Source of the DNA: Candidatus Poribacteria bacterium
Lineage (GTDB): Bacteria > Poribacteria > WGA-4E > JAJDTR01
Assembly (NCBI GenBank): GCA_965222225.1
Contig: CBDCTK010000002.1
Location: 992,001 to 1,056,000, forward strand
DNA length: 64,000 bases
Direction: 5' to 3'
Shown in pieces: positions 61,931 through 64,000 of the stretch. Position 1 is the first letter of the stretch. Every line of letters starts with the position of its first letter. A model generated the notes under the pieces. It made no database searches. It saw only the letters and a program-made list of their open reading frames with translations, and had not been told where the DNA came from. Both the position numbers and the translations under genes were made by a program.

Positions 61931-62275
61931 GTTTATTTGCGTATTTTTCTTGAGGTACGCAATTTTTCTGCAATTCGTCCCCGGCGTAACCTATCCCAAA
62001 CATCGTGGCTGTGTTATATGATTGCTGTTGAAAGGGCAATAAAGCGACAAAGAAGTTAAGAGAATTGCTACGATCTACTATCGGTTCTTGACATTTCCGC
62101 ATGGATGCAGCTTGTATCATTGGTGTGCTGACCGTTTCATCGTTAGTAATATAAGACCGCGGTCTACAACTCAAACTTCTTTCGTTCTCGGATATAGATG
62201 CCTCCTCAAGGCTCTCGGAAGACGATCATCGCTCTGCTAAGAGTCCAGGTGTTAATAACTCGCAAACTCTTTCCT

Positions 62276-63075
62276 GAGAGTGTTCACACAAAGATAGATA
62301 AGGCAATCTTCTGATACCGACGGAAGACCTCTTGGTCGGTCAAAGCAGTCCATAACTTCATGGCATTGTCCACCATCTCAAGTTTCTTGGATACTATTTT
62401 GGTGCGGCGTGTGAATCGTCCAAGATGATGGCGTGTATTGCTGTTATCACGTTCGACTGTTGCTGTCCCTGATTTCCCGATGTGATGACGCTCCGCAGGA
62501 AGTACCTTGGCAAACGCTTCCCAATTGTCAGTGTAATACTGGCAGTCACTTAAGTGTTTCACTTTGTCGAATAGCCGTCTGAAGGTATCAGCATCACGAC
62601 CACCGATAACCCAGGCAACGGTTTTGCCTGTTTCACGAGAAACTGCTTTGTGAATCCATCTTTTGTTTTTTTTGACCCGATAAAATGCCACATCTCATCA
62701 AATTCCAATTCACGGGTGTTGATTGGAATCTCAGGCTCAGGCAACAGGGCTGCTTCCTTTGCAAGCCATTTTTGAACGGTGCTTGGCGATACATTAAACA
62801 AGTTGCCAATAGTGCCGTAAGACGCTTTTGCAAGGGAGTAAAGAATTACTGCAAAAGCACGCTTGATGGTGATTTGGGGGTTGGTTCTCTGGTCTCCCTC
62901 AACGAAATTATAACCGCACGTTTTACAACGGTATCGCTGTTTGGAACGAACGAATCCGTTTTTCGTGACTTCCGAACTATGACAGTTCTTACAGTTTGAC
63001 ACAATGTCTCCTTCCTGACCTTTCTGGTTAGTTAGAAGAATTATATCATAAATCTATCTATATGGCAATTCTCTC
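62276..63075 (-). mobile_element. Complete IS1-family insertion sequence, 800 bp
   Basis: 9-bp direct repeat CTCTTTCCT at 62267-62275 and 63076-63084; imperfect terminal IRs GAGAGTGTTCACACAAAGATAGAT and GAGAGAATTGCCATATAGATAGAT. Confidence 0.92.
62284..63002 (-). CDS. IS1-family transposase (InsA-InsB, -1 frameshift at A8C)
   Basis: Zn ribbon CKNC...KQRYRCKTC, HTH, EFDEMW, slippery AAAAAAAAC at 62665-62673, then YTDNW, VERDNS..RH.L.RF.R.T. Confidence 0.92.
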
Positions 63076-63153
63076 CTCTTTCCTTTGTGCGACCATCTTC
63101 TAATCTATTGGTATTGTATCCAACGCTCTCTTCTATAGTTTGGAAGAATGATC

Positions 63154-63948
63154 TCATGAACTTATAGGCCCAAACGCAGACAGGAACACCCTACTCGTAT
63201 CATTGAGGTTACTGTAGAAGGCGCGTACCTCCGGATCTGGGGCATTACGCCAAAATCGCGCTGGTATCACGGAACAATTGCTCAAAAAAGGTCGAAAGCG
63301 GTGCCCATAGTATGCTTGTACGGTTTTTCGCTCTCTTTGCGTTGTGCGAACTGTAGCTGTGTGGAGCAGAGCAATATTGAAAAGCACTATTGTGCCAGCT
63401 GGCCCATGAAATTCTACGGACCCGTCCCTCTCTAGCTGGGCTTCACTATTCAGAATGGGATTGTTGACGGATTCGGGCGAGATGGAAAAGCAATGCGTGC
63501 TCTCGTCAACGTCGGTCAGGTAAAGCATGAGTTGTACATAGTCCATCCGAAGCGGATGACTCTCCCAATGCGGACGGTCCCGATGAAAGTCTTGGCGTGG
63601 TTCTCCATCATATGGAGCCATGTGACGAAGGCAAATTTCGGAGAAACACACAGGCCCACCCATAAGGAACGTAATGAGAGGAAGGATTTTAGGATGGCGC
63701 AGCAACTTATCGAATCCCGGTGAGGTGACAAGAGCATTGCAGTTTCGTGTTTGATATCCGTCGAAAGGATGCCAGCAATTTGGCGGACCGAACTTTTCCC
63801 GATCATCGTCATAGAGTTGGACAAAATGCATGACTTCATCTGAAGTAAGAGCATCCTCAAGAACCACATAACCGTGCGTCCGAAAATAATCAAACAGTTT
63901 CTGGTTTATTTTTCCTTCAAATACCCGGGAACTATCATTCAATGGCAC
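63154..63948 (-). CDS. Phytanoyl-CoA dioxygenase (PhyH) family protein
   Basis: F..HGYVVLEDAL, FHRD, LYLTDVD, GPAGTIVLFN..LLH...R. Confidence 0.9.
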   Translation of the reverse strand: MPLNDSSRVFEGKINQKLFDYFRTHGYVVLEDALTSDEVMHFVQLYDDDREKFGPPNCWHPFDGYQTRNCNALVTSPGFDKLLRHPKILPLITFLMGGPVCFSEICLRHMAPYDGEPRQDFHRDRPHWESHPLRMDYVQLMLYLTDVDESTHCFSISPESVNNPILNSEAQLERDGSVEFHGPAGTIVLFNIALLHTATVRTTQRERKTVQAYYGHRFRPFLSNCSVIPARFWRNAPDPEVRAFYSNLNDTSRVFLSAFGPISS

Positions 63949-64000
63949 TTCTTTGCCTCCTCATACTCTACCTTGCCTACCATCGCATCGGGATTTCCTT

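Noticed and set aside
61812-62174. 120-aa ORF upstream of rpsL
   Set aside because: TTG start without SD, no motifs, and it runs through a consensus promoter.
1-64000. CRISPR arrays, rRNA, tRNA, prophage or defence genes
   Set aside because: None recognised by eye; short RNAs could have been missed without covariance-model searches.

Overview
Bacterial chromosomal window with no rRNA, tRNA or CRISPR detected by eye. The first ~42 kb mixes housekeeping genes (kdsC-kdsA fusion, hemG, trpS, ubiD-family decarboxylase, glnE, hisF) with catabolic and envelope genes (sulfatase, SDRs, five PhyH/2OG-Fe(II) oxygenase-like genes, a TonB-dependent receptor, an AlgE-like porin, a FadL-like barrel, a LecA-like protein) and at least seven broken genes. 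Positions 42.5-61.5 kb hold an intact str-S10-spc-alpha ribosomal cluster on the minus strand, lacking rpmD, adk, map and infA. The window ends with a complete IS1-family element (9-bp target duplication) and a PhyH gene. The gene content suggests Candidatus Poribacteria or a similar diderm lineage (inference only). The most notable unannotated signals are: a ~140-nt transcription unit with a perfect sigma70 promoter and its own terminator upstream of rpsL; a Trp-codon leader/attenuator on trpS with two overlapping Trp-bearing micro-ORFs; an S12 with PG replaced by SN in the decoding loop; an RRM gene whose Gly-rich tail lies behind an in-frame amber codon; a structured ~200-nt rplW-rplB spacer; a 268-bp MITE; and a sigma54 promoter upstream of the TonB receptor. 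All product calls come from motif recognition, not database searches.
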